This document shows positions 1 to 9,078 of a stretch of DNA of 64,000 nt, piece after piece. The notes under the pieces are model-generated. The model was not told the origin of the DNA, did not search any database, and worked only from the letters and a program-made list of their open reading frames with translations. The position numbers and the translations under genes are program-made. The DNA lies in assembly GCA_963769935.1 (NCBI GenBank), contig CAVYNY010000008.1:96001-160000 (forward strand). The letters run 5' to 3'. Origin of the DNA: an uncultured delta proteobacterium. GTDB lineage: Bacteria; Desulfobacterota; Desulfobacteria; Desulfobacterales; JAFDCJ01. The first letter of the stretch is position 1. Each line of letters starts with the position of its first letter.

Positions 1-745
1 AGGCGTCCTTTATCCAGAACGCGCATGGCCGTCTTAAACCCCTGCCCCACCATTTCCAGGCCGCCGATGACATTGTCTCTGGGAACCCGGCAGTTTCGAA
101 AAACCAGCTCGTTGGTATGCGAGCCTTTCAACCCCATTTTTTCATCCGGCGGTCCCACAGTAAAGCCCGGGAAAGCCGTTTTCGAGGATAAAGGCGGTGA
201 ACCCCTCCGCGAACGCGTTTTTTTTCATCGGTTACCGCAATGGTGGTGAAAACCTGCGCGCAATCCCCGTTGGTTATGAATTGTTTGGTGCCGTTCAAGA
301 TCCAGTGATCGCCGGCTAGCACGGCCGCGGCTTTGATGTTGGCGGCGTCGGATCCGGCATCCGGTTCGGTCAAAGCAAAGGCAGCGGTCCATTCGCCGGA
401 AGCAATGCGGGGAAGGTAGCGCTGCTTTTGATCGTCAGTCCCGTCAAACAGAATGCCCATGGACCCGATGCTGTTGCTGGTGCCGATCCGGGAGCGAAAG
501 CAGGCGTTGGTGCGGGTCAATTCTTCATAAACCATGATCTCATCCACGGTCGACAAACCCAACCCGCCGTATTGCTTTGGAATCGAAAGACCAAAGAGAC
601 CGAGCCCACGCATTTTTTCAACGATTTCTTCCGGAATTTCGCCTGTTTTCTCGACCTGGAGCGAAATGGGGTTCAGATCTTCCGCAACAAAGCGTTTGAC
701 TTGATCCAGAATTACTTGCGGTTCGTTCGGATTTGAATCTTCCAT
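1..745 (-). CDS. Acyl-CoA dehydrogenase (short/branched-chain type), frameshifted near 165-200, runs off the window start
   Basis: ORF 128..745 has FALTEPDAGSD and WILNGTKQFITNG; the continuation FTAFILE..GPPDEKMGLKGSHTNELVF is readable in shifted frames. Confidence 0.9.
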
Positions 746-1065
746 AATAAAAAAGTTATTCGTTATTGGTTATTGGCTATGAAATGCCTGAAATTGTAAA
801 ATGACTAAAATTTATGAATCTGCAATATAAAACATTGTCGGCATCTCCTGCAGCTGACAGAAAAAAACCTTCAAGTCGCACCAGGGCGGGCTGAAACCTC
901 GTATGAAACTTCCTTAATTTCGATGCCATTTTTACGAAGCTGTCTCACCGCTCGGAGGCTGCGGGCTCTGCGGTGAACTATTATGTTTCTTTTTCGATCA
1001 GACCGGCCGTTGTTTTGGCCGGCGGCGGCGCTGACACCTGAAACCTTTTTTCTGTCTTCTGTTAT

Positions 1066-2850
1066 TCAAAACGCCTTCTCCGGCATGTCGACAATCTCGC
1101 GTCCTTCCCGCAGACATGTACTCAGAGCCGCCATCGTGTGCGGCAGCGTGACATCCGACAAAGTAGGTAGCCTGTAAAACCTTACCGCGATAGAAATCAC
1201 TTTTCCTGCCGTTTTCCATGGCCTTGGCGGCAACGGCGGCCATATCCAGCAGGCGCCAGGCCATGGTGACTTCACCAAAACTGATCAGGGCCGGATAGGT
1301 ATAAGACGCCCATTGCAAGGGATCGGATTGCATGCGCCGGCCGAGTTCTTCGGCGACGCTGTCAGCCGCGCGAGGGTCCGTCAAGGTCCTGGGCCTGGGT
1401 GCCGATCTGGGGCATATGGCTGTGATCCTGGAAAATTTCTCAATTTCAGACTTGAAGGCCAGAAACGGTGCGCCGCCGTTGATGCGCATCTTGCGCCCCA
1501 TCAGATCCATCGACTGAATTCCGTTGGTGCCCTCATACAGCGACATGATCTTGGCGTCCCGCAGGTACTGTTCAAGCGGATATTCCTTGCAGTAGCCATA
1601 TCCGCCCAGACACTGGATGGCAGTTTCACACACCCTGAAACCCATATCCGAGCAGTAAGCCTTGATGATCGGGCGTCATGAAATCGACCAGATTCTGATA
1701 GTGTTCTTTCTCCCCACCGGCGGGCAGTTCCAGAGCGTAGTCCTGCCAGAAGGCACCGGTATAGATCATGGAGCGCATCCCGTCCACCATGGCTTTCATC
1801 CATAGCAGCATCCGGCGTACGTCGGGGTGGTCGATGATCGGCACGTCTCCTGGTTTGCGTCCGGCAACATCCCTGCCCTGAGTTCGGGCCCGGCTATATT
1901 CCAGGGCATTCAGATAGGCTGTTGCGGCCAGGCTCATACCGCTGACACCGGTATTGATGCGGGCGGCATTCATCATCTGAAACATGTGCGCCAGCCCCAT
2001 ATTGGCTTCCCCGCACAAGTAGCCGATGCAGTCATCATGGGAGCCGAAGGCCAGGGAGCACGTCGGCGACGCGTGCAGGCCCAGCTTTTGTTCAACCGCC
2101 GTGCAGATCACATCATTGACGTCCCCCAGTGAGCCGTCGGCATTGACCCGCACTTTGGGGACGATAAACAGCGAGATCCCCTTGACCCCGGCCGGAGCAC
2201 CTTCGATGCGAGCCAGAACGAGATGCACGATATTATCGGCCAGATTGTGTTCGCCCCAGGAAATGAAGATTTTTGAGCCTTTAATTTTATAGTGGTCGCC
2301 CTCGGGACAGGCCATGGTTTGAAGCGCAGCCAGATTTGAGCCGGCATCCGGCTCCGTCAGGCACATGGTGCCCGCCCAGCTGCCGTTGAACATATTGGGT
2401 ATAAAGCGCTGTTTCTGTTCCTCGGTGCCGAAGCTTTCGATCAGATGCGCCGCGCCATGAGTCAGGCTGGGAGCCATGTTGAAGGCCTGGCAGGCCCCGT
2501 ACATCAGGTCGTTGACGACAATTCGCATCATGTTGCGGAAACCCCTGTCCCCCGTACTCGGGGTCGCGGGCGGCCGCCGTCCAACCGTCCTCGCCGTATT
2601 TCTTAAACGCATCTCTGAATTCAGGCGGGCAGACAACTTTACCGTTCTCAAATTTGACGCCATGCGCTTCACCGATTTCCTGCAAGGGATCCACCACTCC
2701 CTTGGCAAAACTAATCGCTTCGGTGACCAGCATGTCGAAGGTTTTTTCATTCAGGTCCTTATAGCGATCCAGGGAGCACAGGGCTCCATATTTGAGCTGT
2801 TCCTTTAAAATAAAAAAAATGTCTTTCTGGTTGATTTTAAAATGAGGCAT
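1066..2850 (-). CDS. Long (~600 aa type) acyl-CoA dehydrogenase split by several 1-nt frameshifts
   Basis: Consecutive ORF pieces 2287..2850, 1626..2750, 998..1645 and 1066..1278 are collinear with the intact paralog at 9079..10893 (GTMCLTEPDAGS, GGYGYCKEYPLEQ, YEGTNGIQ, C-terminal PEKAF). Confidence 0.9.
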
Positions 2851-2971
2851 TCGTCACTCCTTAATTACGTCCATTGCTTAAACCAAAATCGCTTTTTTTC
2901 TGAAAACCTGAAACCTCAAAATAATCAATGCACTCGGTACATCGACAACAATTTTTCGACACACTAGGCAT

Positions 2972-3946
2972 CTAACTAACTTTTATGACTATCTTGCCGT
3001 AGCTCTGGCGGTTTTCAATTAATTCCAAAGCTTCCGGCAAATCCTTTAAACCGTGCACCGAGTGGATGATCGGCTTAATCGAACTTTCTTCATGCATCCG
3101 ATAAAGCCGCTCCTGGGTCTGTTCCATAAGCAGCGGCTTATGGCTACGGTAACTTCCCCACCACAATCCGACCACGGACATATTTTTCAATAAGGCCCGA
3201 TTGGTGCGGAATTCCGGAATGCGCCCGGAGGTAAAACCAATTACCACAATCCTTCCCTCCCAGGCGATGCACCGGGTACTTTGATCAAATATATCCCCAC
3301 CTACCGGATCGCAGATGACATCAGCCCCCTTTCCGCCGGTAAATTCCTTCACTTTGGCGACAAAATCTTCGGTCCGGTAATTAATCAGATATTCAGCGCC
3401 GCATTGCCGGCAAATTTGAAGCTTTTCAGGCGAGCCGGCTGTGGCGATGACCTTGGCACCCAGGGCCTTGCCGATTTGAATCGCGGCGGTGCCCACACCT
3501 CCGGCACCGCCATGGACCAGAAGAAATTCCGATGGCTTCAAATTCGCTCGGTGAACAAGGGCAAAATAAGCGGTCTGGTAGTTGATCTGAAAGGCAGCGG
3601 CATCCGTGTCGGACATGCTCTCCGGTATCCGGAAGGCAGCCTGCTGCGGGGCAATCATAAATTCGGCGAATGCCCCTGAATGATTCGTCATCACCCGCTC
3701 GCCCACTTTTAAGCCACAGGCATCCCCTGCTTCAACAACTTCGCCGGCAGCCTCTGCACCGGGCACGAAGGGCAGCGGCGCTTTGATCTGATATTTTCCT
3801 GCAATCGCTAGGATATCAAAGAAGTTGACTCCGGCGGCTTTTACTTTGATCAGGGCCTCAGTCCCCCGCACCCGCGGAAGATCGCGCTCCTCAAATTTCA
3901 ATCGGCCTTTATAGTCGCCGAACTCATGGACGGTCCAGGCAAACAT
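2972..3946 (-). CDS. NADPH:quinone oxidoreductase / MDR zeta-crystallin family
   Basis: AAGVNFFD, PFVPGAEAAGEV, LLVHGGAGGVGTAAIQ motifs; 324 aa. Confidence 0.9.
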   Translation of the reverse strand: MFAWTVHEFGDYKGRLKFEERDLPRVRGTEALIKVKAAGVNFFDILAIAGKYQIKAPLPFVPGAEAAGEVVEAGDACGLKVGERVMTNHSGAFAEFMIAPQQAAFRIPESMSDTDAAAFQINYQTAYFALVHRANLKPSEFLLVHGGAGGVGTAAIQIGKALGAKVIATAGSPEKLQICRQCGAEYLINYRTEDFVAKVKEFTGGKGADVICDPVGGDIFDQSTRCIAWEGRIVVIGFTSGRIPEFRTNRALLKNMSVVGLWWGSYRSHKPLLMEQTQERLYRMHEESSIKPIIHSVHGLKDLPEALELIENRQSYGKIVIKVS

Positions 3947-3959
3947 ATCTGCTCCTTCC

Positions 3960-4218
3960 TTAGTGAAAAATGGTGCCCCCGCAAATATTAAAGGCCTGGC
4001 CGGGTGCGCTATTCTGAATCATCGGCAACAGGGCTTTGGTACACAAGTACACGCCAAAAAGGTTGGTGCGAATGACTTCCTCGGCCACATCTTCAAGCTG
4101 TGCGCGTTCGCGCCGCCAGGACCACAGCCGCGCTTTCTTCGGCAAAGGCCAGGGCAAAGCTGCGGCCGATTTCTTTCCCGGCCCCGGTTATCAGTGCAAT
4201 TTTTTCTTTGGGTTTCAT
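3960..4218 (-). pseudogene. Collapsed SDR oxidoreductase remnant
   Basis: ATG at 4218 gives MKPKEKIALITGAGKEIGRSFALAFAEE..VLAAR, then VIRTNLFGVYLCTKALLP, then GQAFNICGG-stop, all within ~260 nt. Confidence 0.75.
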
Positions 4219-4471
4219 GGCAAACCTCTAATTAATCCGGTAACTAGCGCAATTGATCAGACCTCGACCGTAGCGGAGTTATTCGAGCCTGTCAATATTC
4301 TTTTGGCAAAAATCAGAATGGTAATAGAAAAATATTGGGATAATTAAGGTGATGCTCAGAATTTTTGACTTGACATACGAAATTCATTGTTAATATATAC
4401 AAATATTCATAACCGATGTCGTATTATTCCTTCTTCAATTTTATCAACACAACCTATGAGGGCATAGCCCT

Positions 4472-5146
4472 ATGCCGGCCAAACCTGCCAATATAAAGTC
4501 GAACTCCAGAATTTTGAAAAATCCCCGGAAAGGTGCCGCCATTTTAAGGGCCGCCGAACACATTTTTGCCCAAAAAGGTTTCCAGACAGCCACGGTAGCA
4601 GATATTGCCAAAAAGGCCAAGGTTTCCGAAGCGACCATATATGAATATTTCTCGTCCAAAGAAGAGTTGCTGTTTTCAATCCCGGCGGAAGCCATCAGGG
4701 AATATCAGGAAAAAAATCGTGAAATTCTACCCCATATCCAGGGAGCGGCCAACAAACTCCGTTTTTTGATTTATCGCCACCTCGGTTTGTATGCCGACAA
4801 ACCGGACTATGCAACCGTGGTGATGCTGATGCTGAAAGGCAGTCGAAATTTTTTGAAAACCGAGGCCTACAAAATTGTCCAGTCTTCGGCCCGCAATTAC
4901 ATTCAGGTGCTGGAGGAAGGTATGCAGAATGGTGAATTCCGATCCGATATTCAACCCTTTCTCGTGCGGGCGATGATCTGGGGCACCATCGATCACCTGG
5001 TCACCCGTAAAAGTCTGCTTGGCAAACCCGATGATCTTCTGACCCTGGCCGACGACATATTTAATACGATGTTTGCCGGAATCCGGTCATCAAAAAAGGA
5101 CCCCAGCATCCATATCAATGTTAACTTAACGCGAGCTGATTCTTAA
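4472..5146 (+). CDS. TetR/AcrR family transcriptional regulator (FadR/YsiA-like)
   Basis: ILRAAEHIFAQKGFQTATVADIAKKAKVSEATIYEYFSSKEELL HTH. Confidence 0.93.
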   Translation: MPAKPANIKSNSRILKNPRKGAAILRAAEHIFAQKGFQTATVADIAKKAKVSEATIYEYFSSKEELLFSIPAEAIREYQEKNREILPHIQGAANKLRFLIYRHLGLYADKPDYATVVMLMLKGSRNFLKTEAYKIVQSSARNYIQVLEEGMQNGEFRSDIQPFLVRAMIWGTIDHLVTRKSLLGKPDDLLTLADDIFNTMFAGIRSSKKDPSIHINVNLTRADS

Positions 5147-5151
5147 AAAAA

Positions 5152-5628
5152 ATGAACAATATTGCTCAATCCTTATATTTTGAGGACTTTTCTGTCGGGC
5201 AGAAATTCGTTACCAAAGCGCGCACCATTACCGAAGCCGATATCGTCAATTTCGCGGGCTTGTCCTGGGACCACAATCAGCTGCACACGGATGCCGAATA
5301 TGCGGCGTCAACCGGCTTCGGCAAACGCATTGCACACGGACTTTTAGGCGTTATCGCCCATGCCGGCCTGTCCTACGAACTCACGGAAGACAGTATTATG
5401 GCCCTACTGGAACTCACCTGGCAATTTAAGGCGCCGATTTACATCGGTGATACCATCCATGTGGAGCAGATCGTAAAAAATATGCGCGAAAGCAGTGCCG
5501 GCGACCGGGGGATTTTGACTTTTGAAAAAGAGGTGGTAAACCAAAAAAAAGAAGTTGTACAGACGGGAACCACGACTGTTCTTCTGGCCAAGAGAGTAAA
5601 GATAGAAGGTGAGAAGAGGAGAAGTTAA
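5152..5628 (+). CDS. MaoC-like (R)-hydratase/dehydratase
   Basis: YFEDFSVGQ, FAGLSWDHNQLHTD, RIAHGLL, FKAPIYIGDT. Confidence 0.9.
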   Translation: MNNIAQSLYFEDFSVGQKFVTKARTITEADIVNFAGLSWDHNQLHTDAEYAASTGFGKRIAHGLLGVIAHAGLSYELTEDSIMALLELTWQFKAPIYIGDTIHVEQIVKNMRESSAGDRGILTFEKEVVNQKKEVVQTGTTTVLLAKRVKIEGEKRRS

Positions 5629-5995
5629 GAAGCGGAGAAGATGAGCGGAGAAGAAACGCAGAGAGCAGAGGGCATAGGGCAAGGGCATAGCGTATAGCGT
5701 GAAGGACTGAGGAAAGGGGATATGGGAAAGGTTTCAGGTGTCAGCAGGCAGGTATACGAGGTCAAGAAGTTGAGAAGTTGAGGCGCTGACGCGCCAGCTC
5801 ATAGATCATAGCTGATAGCTCATAAGGAATACTCAATCAACTTAATGAACTTAATCAACCAGTCAACGATCCAAATTTATCCCGCTTGCCCAATGAAATC
5901 TCTGTTGCTCTTATTTCATCGGGGTTAAACCTTCTTGTCTTTTGTTTAACCGGGACGATCTCAACCATCTAAACCATCTGAAGTAATCTAAACCA
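5605..5995. repeat. Mosaic of short-period tandem repeat arms (GAGAAGnn, AGGGCAT, GGTTTCA/GGTGTCA, AGCTCAT, AACTTAATC, AACCATCTA) plus nested hairpins
   Basis: Visible 7-9 nt periodicity; the same motifs recur at 14540, 34457, 43808, 44820 and 45557. Confidence 0.85.
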
Positions 5996-6010
5996 AGGAG
6001 AACAAGTTAA

Positions 6011-6892
6011 ATGGAAATCAAAAAAATTTTTGTTGCCGGAGCCGGTTTAATGGGCGGCGGGATTGCACAGGTATGTGCCCAAGCCGGCTATGATGTCACC
6101 ATGAGAGATATCAGCGAAGACATTTTGAACAAAACCTTGAAAACCATCAAATGGTCGGTCGGCAAATTCGTGGAGAAAGGCAAAGTTCAGGGCACGGTGG
6201 ATGAAATTTTGGGTAGATTAAAGGCTACCACGGATCTTTCGGCGGCCGCCGATGCGGATTTCGTATTCGAGGCGATCATTGAAAATTTAGAGGCCAAGCG
6301 GACCTTGTTTGCCGAATTGGATAAATTGTGCGCCGCCAATACCATTTTTGCCACCAACACCTCCGCGATCCCGGTAACCGAAATTGCAGAAGCAACGCAA
6401 CGGGTGTCCCGGTTTTGCGGCACCCATTTTTTCAGTCCCGTGCCGCTGATGAAGGCCGTGGAAATCGTCAAAGGTCTGGGAACCTCGCCTGAAACAGTTG
6501 AAATTGCCGACAACTTATGCAAATCCATCGGCAAGGATACCATCCGGGTCAATCTCGACGTGGCCGGCATCGTTCTCAACCGCATCAATTTCCCCAGCAC
6601 CATTGAAGCCATCAAATTGGTCGAGTCGGGGGTGGCCACGGTCGAAGATGTCGATAAAGGCATGCGATTGGGATTTGGCAGACCGATGGGACCTTTTGAA
6701 ACCTCGGATATGGCGGGGCTGGACGTCGGATATAACGCCATGCTGGCCGTTTACAGGGAAACCCGGGATCCCAAGTTTTACCCGCCCATGCTGCTGCAGC
6801 GTAAAGTCAAACTGGGACACCTGGGGCGCAAAACCGGCTTGGGATGGTACAAATATGACGAGAATGGAAAAAAGATAGGTCCGGCGGAGTAA
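6011..6892 (+). CDS. hbd: 3-hydroxyacyl/3-hydroxybutyryl-CoA dehydrogenase
   Basis: GAGLMGGGIAQ, EAIIENL, ATNTSAIP, GTHFFSPVP, PMGPFE, GRKTGLGWY. Confidence 0.9.
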   Translation: MEIKKIFVAGAGLMGGGIAQVCAQAGYDVTMRDISEDILNKTLKTIKWSVGKFVEKGKVQGTVDEILGRLKATTDLSAAADADFVFEAIIENLEAKRTLFAELDKLCAANTIFATNTSAIPVTEIAEATQRVSRFCGTHFFSPVPLMKAVEIVKGLGTSPETVEIADNLCKSIGKDTIRVNLDVAGIVLNRINFPSTIEAIKLVESGVATVEDVDKGMRLGFGRPMGPFETSDMAGLDVGYNAMLAVYRETRDPKFYPPMLLQRKVKLGHLGRKTGLGWYKYDENGKKIGPAE

Positions 6893-7103
6893 AACTCGCC
6901 TGGAGACGCTGTTTTGAACTTTTGAGATAATCTATCATATAGGCTTGTTAAAGCGCAGGGATAGCCGAAGCTGAATTTAATGCATCCGCCACCGTGAGCA
7001 CTATGGCTTCGAAAAGCAGGTTGCGTTCCGCAGCACGGCTGTAATATCCACCGAAGTTCAGGCGTTCGCGGACGGGCAGAGCGATGTTGATATTGGCCAC
7101 GGT

Positions 7104-8288
7104 TCAGAGTTTGTAAGCTTTATTTAACACTTCGAGAGCATCATCATAGGAGACGGAAAGTGGATTTAAGGCAAGGGCCGGATCTTTGACGGTTTTTTGG
7201 GCGATTTCATCGAACGCTGCTTTTGCCACACCGGCTTCGGTTAAGGTTCGGGGAAGCTTCGTGGTTTTATAAAGATCGTCTTTTATTTCCCGCAGGCTCG
7301 CGATGGTTTTTTGCGGCCGATCCTTGGCCGGAGTTTCAATATATTTCTCAGGCCCGGCCAGCGGCAGCAGAAGCTCGCCGATAATTTCTCCCACAGCCGG
7401 CAAGTTATATTCAAGGCCGTGAGGCAGTAAGATATTCATGGCAATGCCATGCGGCACCTGGCAAACGCCTCCCAGGGCGTGACCCAGGGCATGGATCAGT
7501 CCCACGCCCGCGTTGGAAAAAGCAGCACCGGCCATGCAGGCTGCATTGGCCAGGTAAAATCTTGCCTCGCGATCATCGCCGTTATCGAGAACTAGCGGGA
7601 GATATTTGCGAATGAGTTTGATTGCCGCTATCGAATGGGCGTCGCTGAAAGGATTGCGGGGTTTGCAAATACAGGCTTCAATGGCATGGGTCATGGCATC
7701 CATGGCCGTAGCGGCGGTTACCAAGGGGGGCAAAGAAACAGTCATGCGCGGATCGAGAATCGCAGTTTTCGGAAACAGCAGGTAAGAGGCAAACAGCAGC
7801 TTCTTGTTTTGTGCGGCATCTCTGATCATGGCGGCGTAAGTTACCTCAGATCCGGTGCCGGAAGTGGTTGGTATTGCGATAAACGGCCGCATTGGTTTGC
7901 GCAACTTGACGCCGGCCAGCTCCGCCAGGCTGTCGACACCTTCAGTCACAACGATATTGACCGCCTTGCCCGTATCGATGACGGAACCGCCGCCGACGGA
8001 AACAATTGAATCACAATGATGCTCCCGGAACATTTCCGCCGCTTGATCGACAATCGGGGGGGATGAATCCGGCGGAACCCGGTCGAATAAAATATCGCTG
8101 AGAATCCCGGCTTTATTCAAAGCCGCCTTCACGAGCGTGACGAGGCCGGCGGCCGCAACGCCTTGATCGGTGATGATCAGAGGTCGTTTGGCGCCTAGTT
8201 GTTTCAATTCGTACCCCAGAGAATCCAGGGCATTTTCACCGGATATGATTTTGACAGGGTTAAAGAATCGGAATGAAGGTATCGTCAT
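7104..8288 (-). CDS. Iron-containing alcohol dehydrogenase
   Basis: VGGGSVIDTGK, IPTTSGTGSEVT, DAMTHAIEA, HALGH, PHG; start placed at MTIPSF after a GGAG RBS. Confidence 0.92.
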   Translation of the reverse strand: MTIPSFRFFNPVKIISGENALDSLGYELKQLGAKRPLIITDQGVAAAGLVTLVKAALNKAGILSDILFDRVPPDSSPPIVDQAAEMFREHHCDSIVSVGGGSVIDTGKAVNIVVTEGVDSLAELAGVKLRKPMRPFIAIPTTSGTGSEVTYAAMIRDAAQNKKLLFASYLLFPKTAILDPRMTVSLPPLVTAATAMDAMTHAIEACICKPRNPFSDAHSIAAIKLIRKYLPLVLDNGDDREARFYLANAACMAGAAFSNAGVGLIHALGHALGGVCQVPHGIAMNILLPHGLEYNLPAVGEIIGELLLPLAGPEKYIETPAKDRPQKTIASLREIKDDLYKTTKLPRTLTEAGVAKAAFDEIAQKTVKDPALALNPLSVSYDDALEVLNKAYKL

Positions 8289-8338
8289 TTTCTGCTCCAG
8301 CAAACGACAATAAATATGGTAGGAAAGGTCGAACTCAA

Positions 8339-8376
8339 AAAATCCCCCCCGACCCCCCTTTAGAAAAGGGGGGAGA
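8339..8376 (+). repeat. REP-like palindrome copy 1: AAATCCCCCCCGACCCCCCTTTAGAAAAGGGGGGAG
   Basis: CCCCCCTTT/AAAGGGGGG hairpin; matches the copies at 8568 and 8953. Confidence 0.9.
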
Positions 8377-8567
8377 AAGAAAAGCCCCAGCCTTCCTTAG
8401 AAACAGGTGGAAGGGAGAAATCAGCTTGGCCTCCTCTAGAAAAGTTCAGGTTTAAAAATATTGGCAACCATAGTTTAGCAAGTAGGGAAAAAGAGATTCC
8501 CGCTGCTAGCCTGTAAAAAAATGCCGAGCTGTTTACTGCTCATAATCTAAAACTCCGGATAGCACCG

Positions 8568-8604
8568 TTTCCCCCCTTTTTAAAGGGGGGTCAGGGGGGA
8601 TTTT
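8568..8604 (-). repeat. REP-like palindrome copy 2 (inverted); contains the DUF559 stop codon
   Basis: Reverse complement reads AAAATCCCCCCTGACCCCCCTTTAAAAAGGGGGGAAA. Confidence 0.9.
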
Positions 8605-8950
8605 CCAGATGCTTATATATCGTATCGACAACCTCCTCAATATTTTTGAGAGCATCATTATTAGAAAAGCGCAGTACCCTGAAGCCGAGATCGTTCAAAA
8701 ACTTGTCCCTTGCTTTATCCTTTGCGTGGTATTCGTTTGAATAATGCTGGCCGCCGTCTATTTCAACTATTAATTTTGCCGCAGGACAATAAAAATCTAC
8801 AATATATTCACCAATGTTTTTTTGCCTGTAAAATTGATATTGCTTAAGCTGCTTCCTCCTTATCTTTGACCAAAGGCGCCTTTCTGCATCGGTCATGTTT
8901 TTTCTGAGCTCTCTGGCCAATTGCTTGAGGTTTTTATTGTAGGGTAGCGT
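8591..8950 (-). CDS. DUF559 (Vsr-like PD-(D/E)xK endonuclease domain) protein; homologous start position is ACG
   Basis: (T)LPYNKNLKQLARELRKNMTDAERRLW, FYRQ, YIVDFYC, LIVEIDGGQH, RDKFL..GFRVLRF. Confidence 0.88.
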   Translation of the reverse strand, partial: TLPYNKNLKQLARELRKNMTDAERRLWSKIRRKQLKQYQFYRQKNIGEYIVDFYCPAAKLIVEIDGGQHYSNEYHAKDKARDKFLNDLGFRVLRFSNNDALKNIEEVVDTIYKHLENPP

Positions 8951-8952
8951 CG

Positions 8953-8987
8953 AAATCCCCCCGGCCCCCCTTTAGAAAAGGGGGGAG
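8953..8987 (+). repeat. REP-like palindrome copy 3, immediately upstream of DUF559
   Basis: AAATCCCCCCGGCCCCCCTTTAGAAAAGGGGGGAG, nearly identical to copy 1. Confidence 0.9.
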
Positions 8988-9078
8988 CAAGAATCCCGCG
9001 GCAGGGTTAGAAAAGCGAGAAATGAAAATTCCCCGGCCGGATCCGAATAACGATTAACTAATAACTATTGCTTATCTC

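Noticed and set aside
1..2850. Acyl-CoA dehydrogenases as true pseudogenes or programmed frameshifts
   Set aside because: Several single-base indels with otherwise intact motifs. Similar indels hit rsmB, GT4, asnB and wzy, which points to consensus errors; raw reads are needed to decide.
5605..5995. ORF 5404..5688 and similar ORFs over repeat stacks (11037..11300, 34473..34694, 41232..41534, 57385..57645, 59592..59837, 62816..63028)
   Set aside because: Low-complexity translations of repeat arms with no protein motifs.
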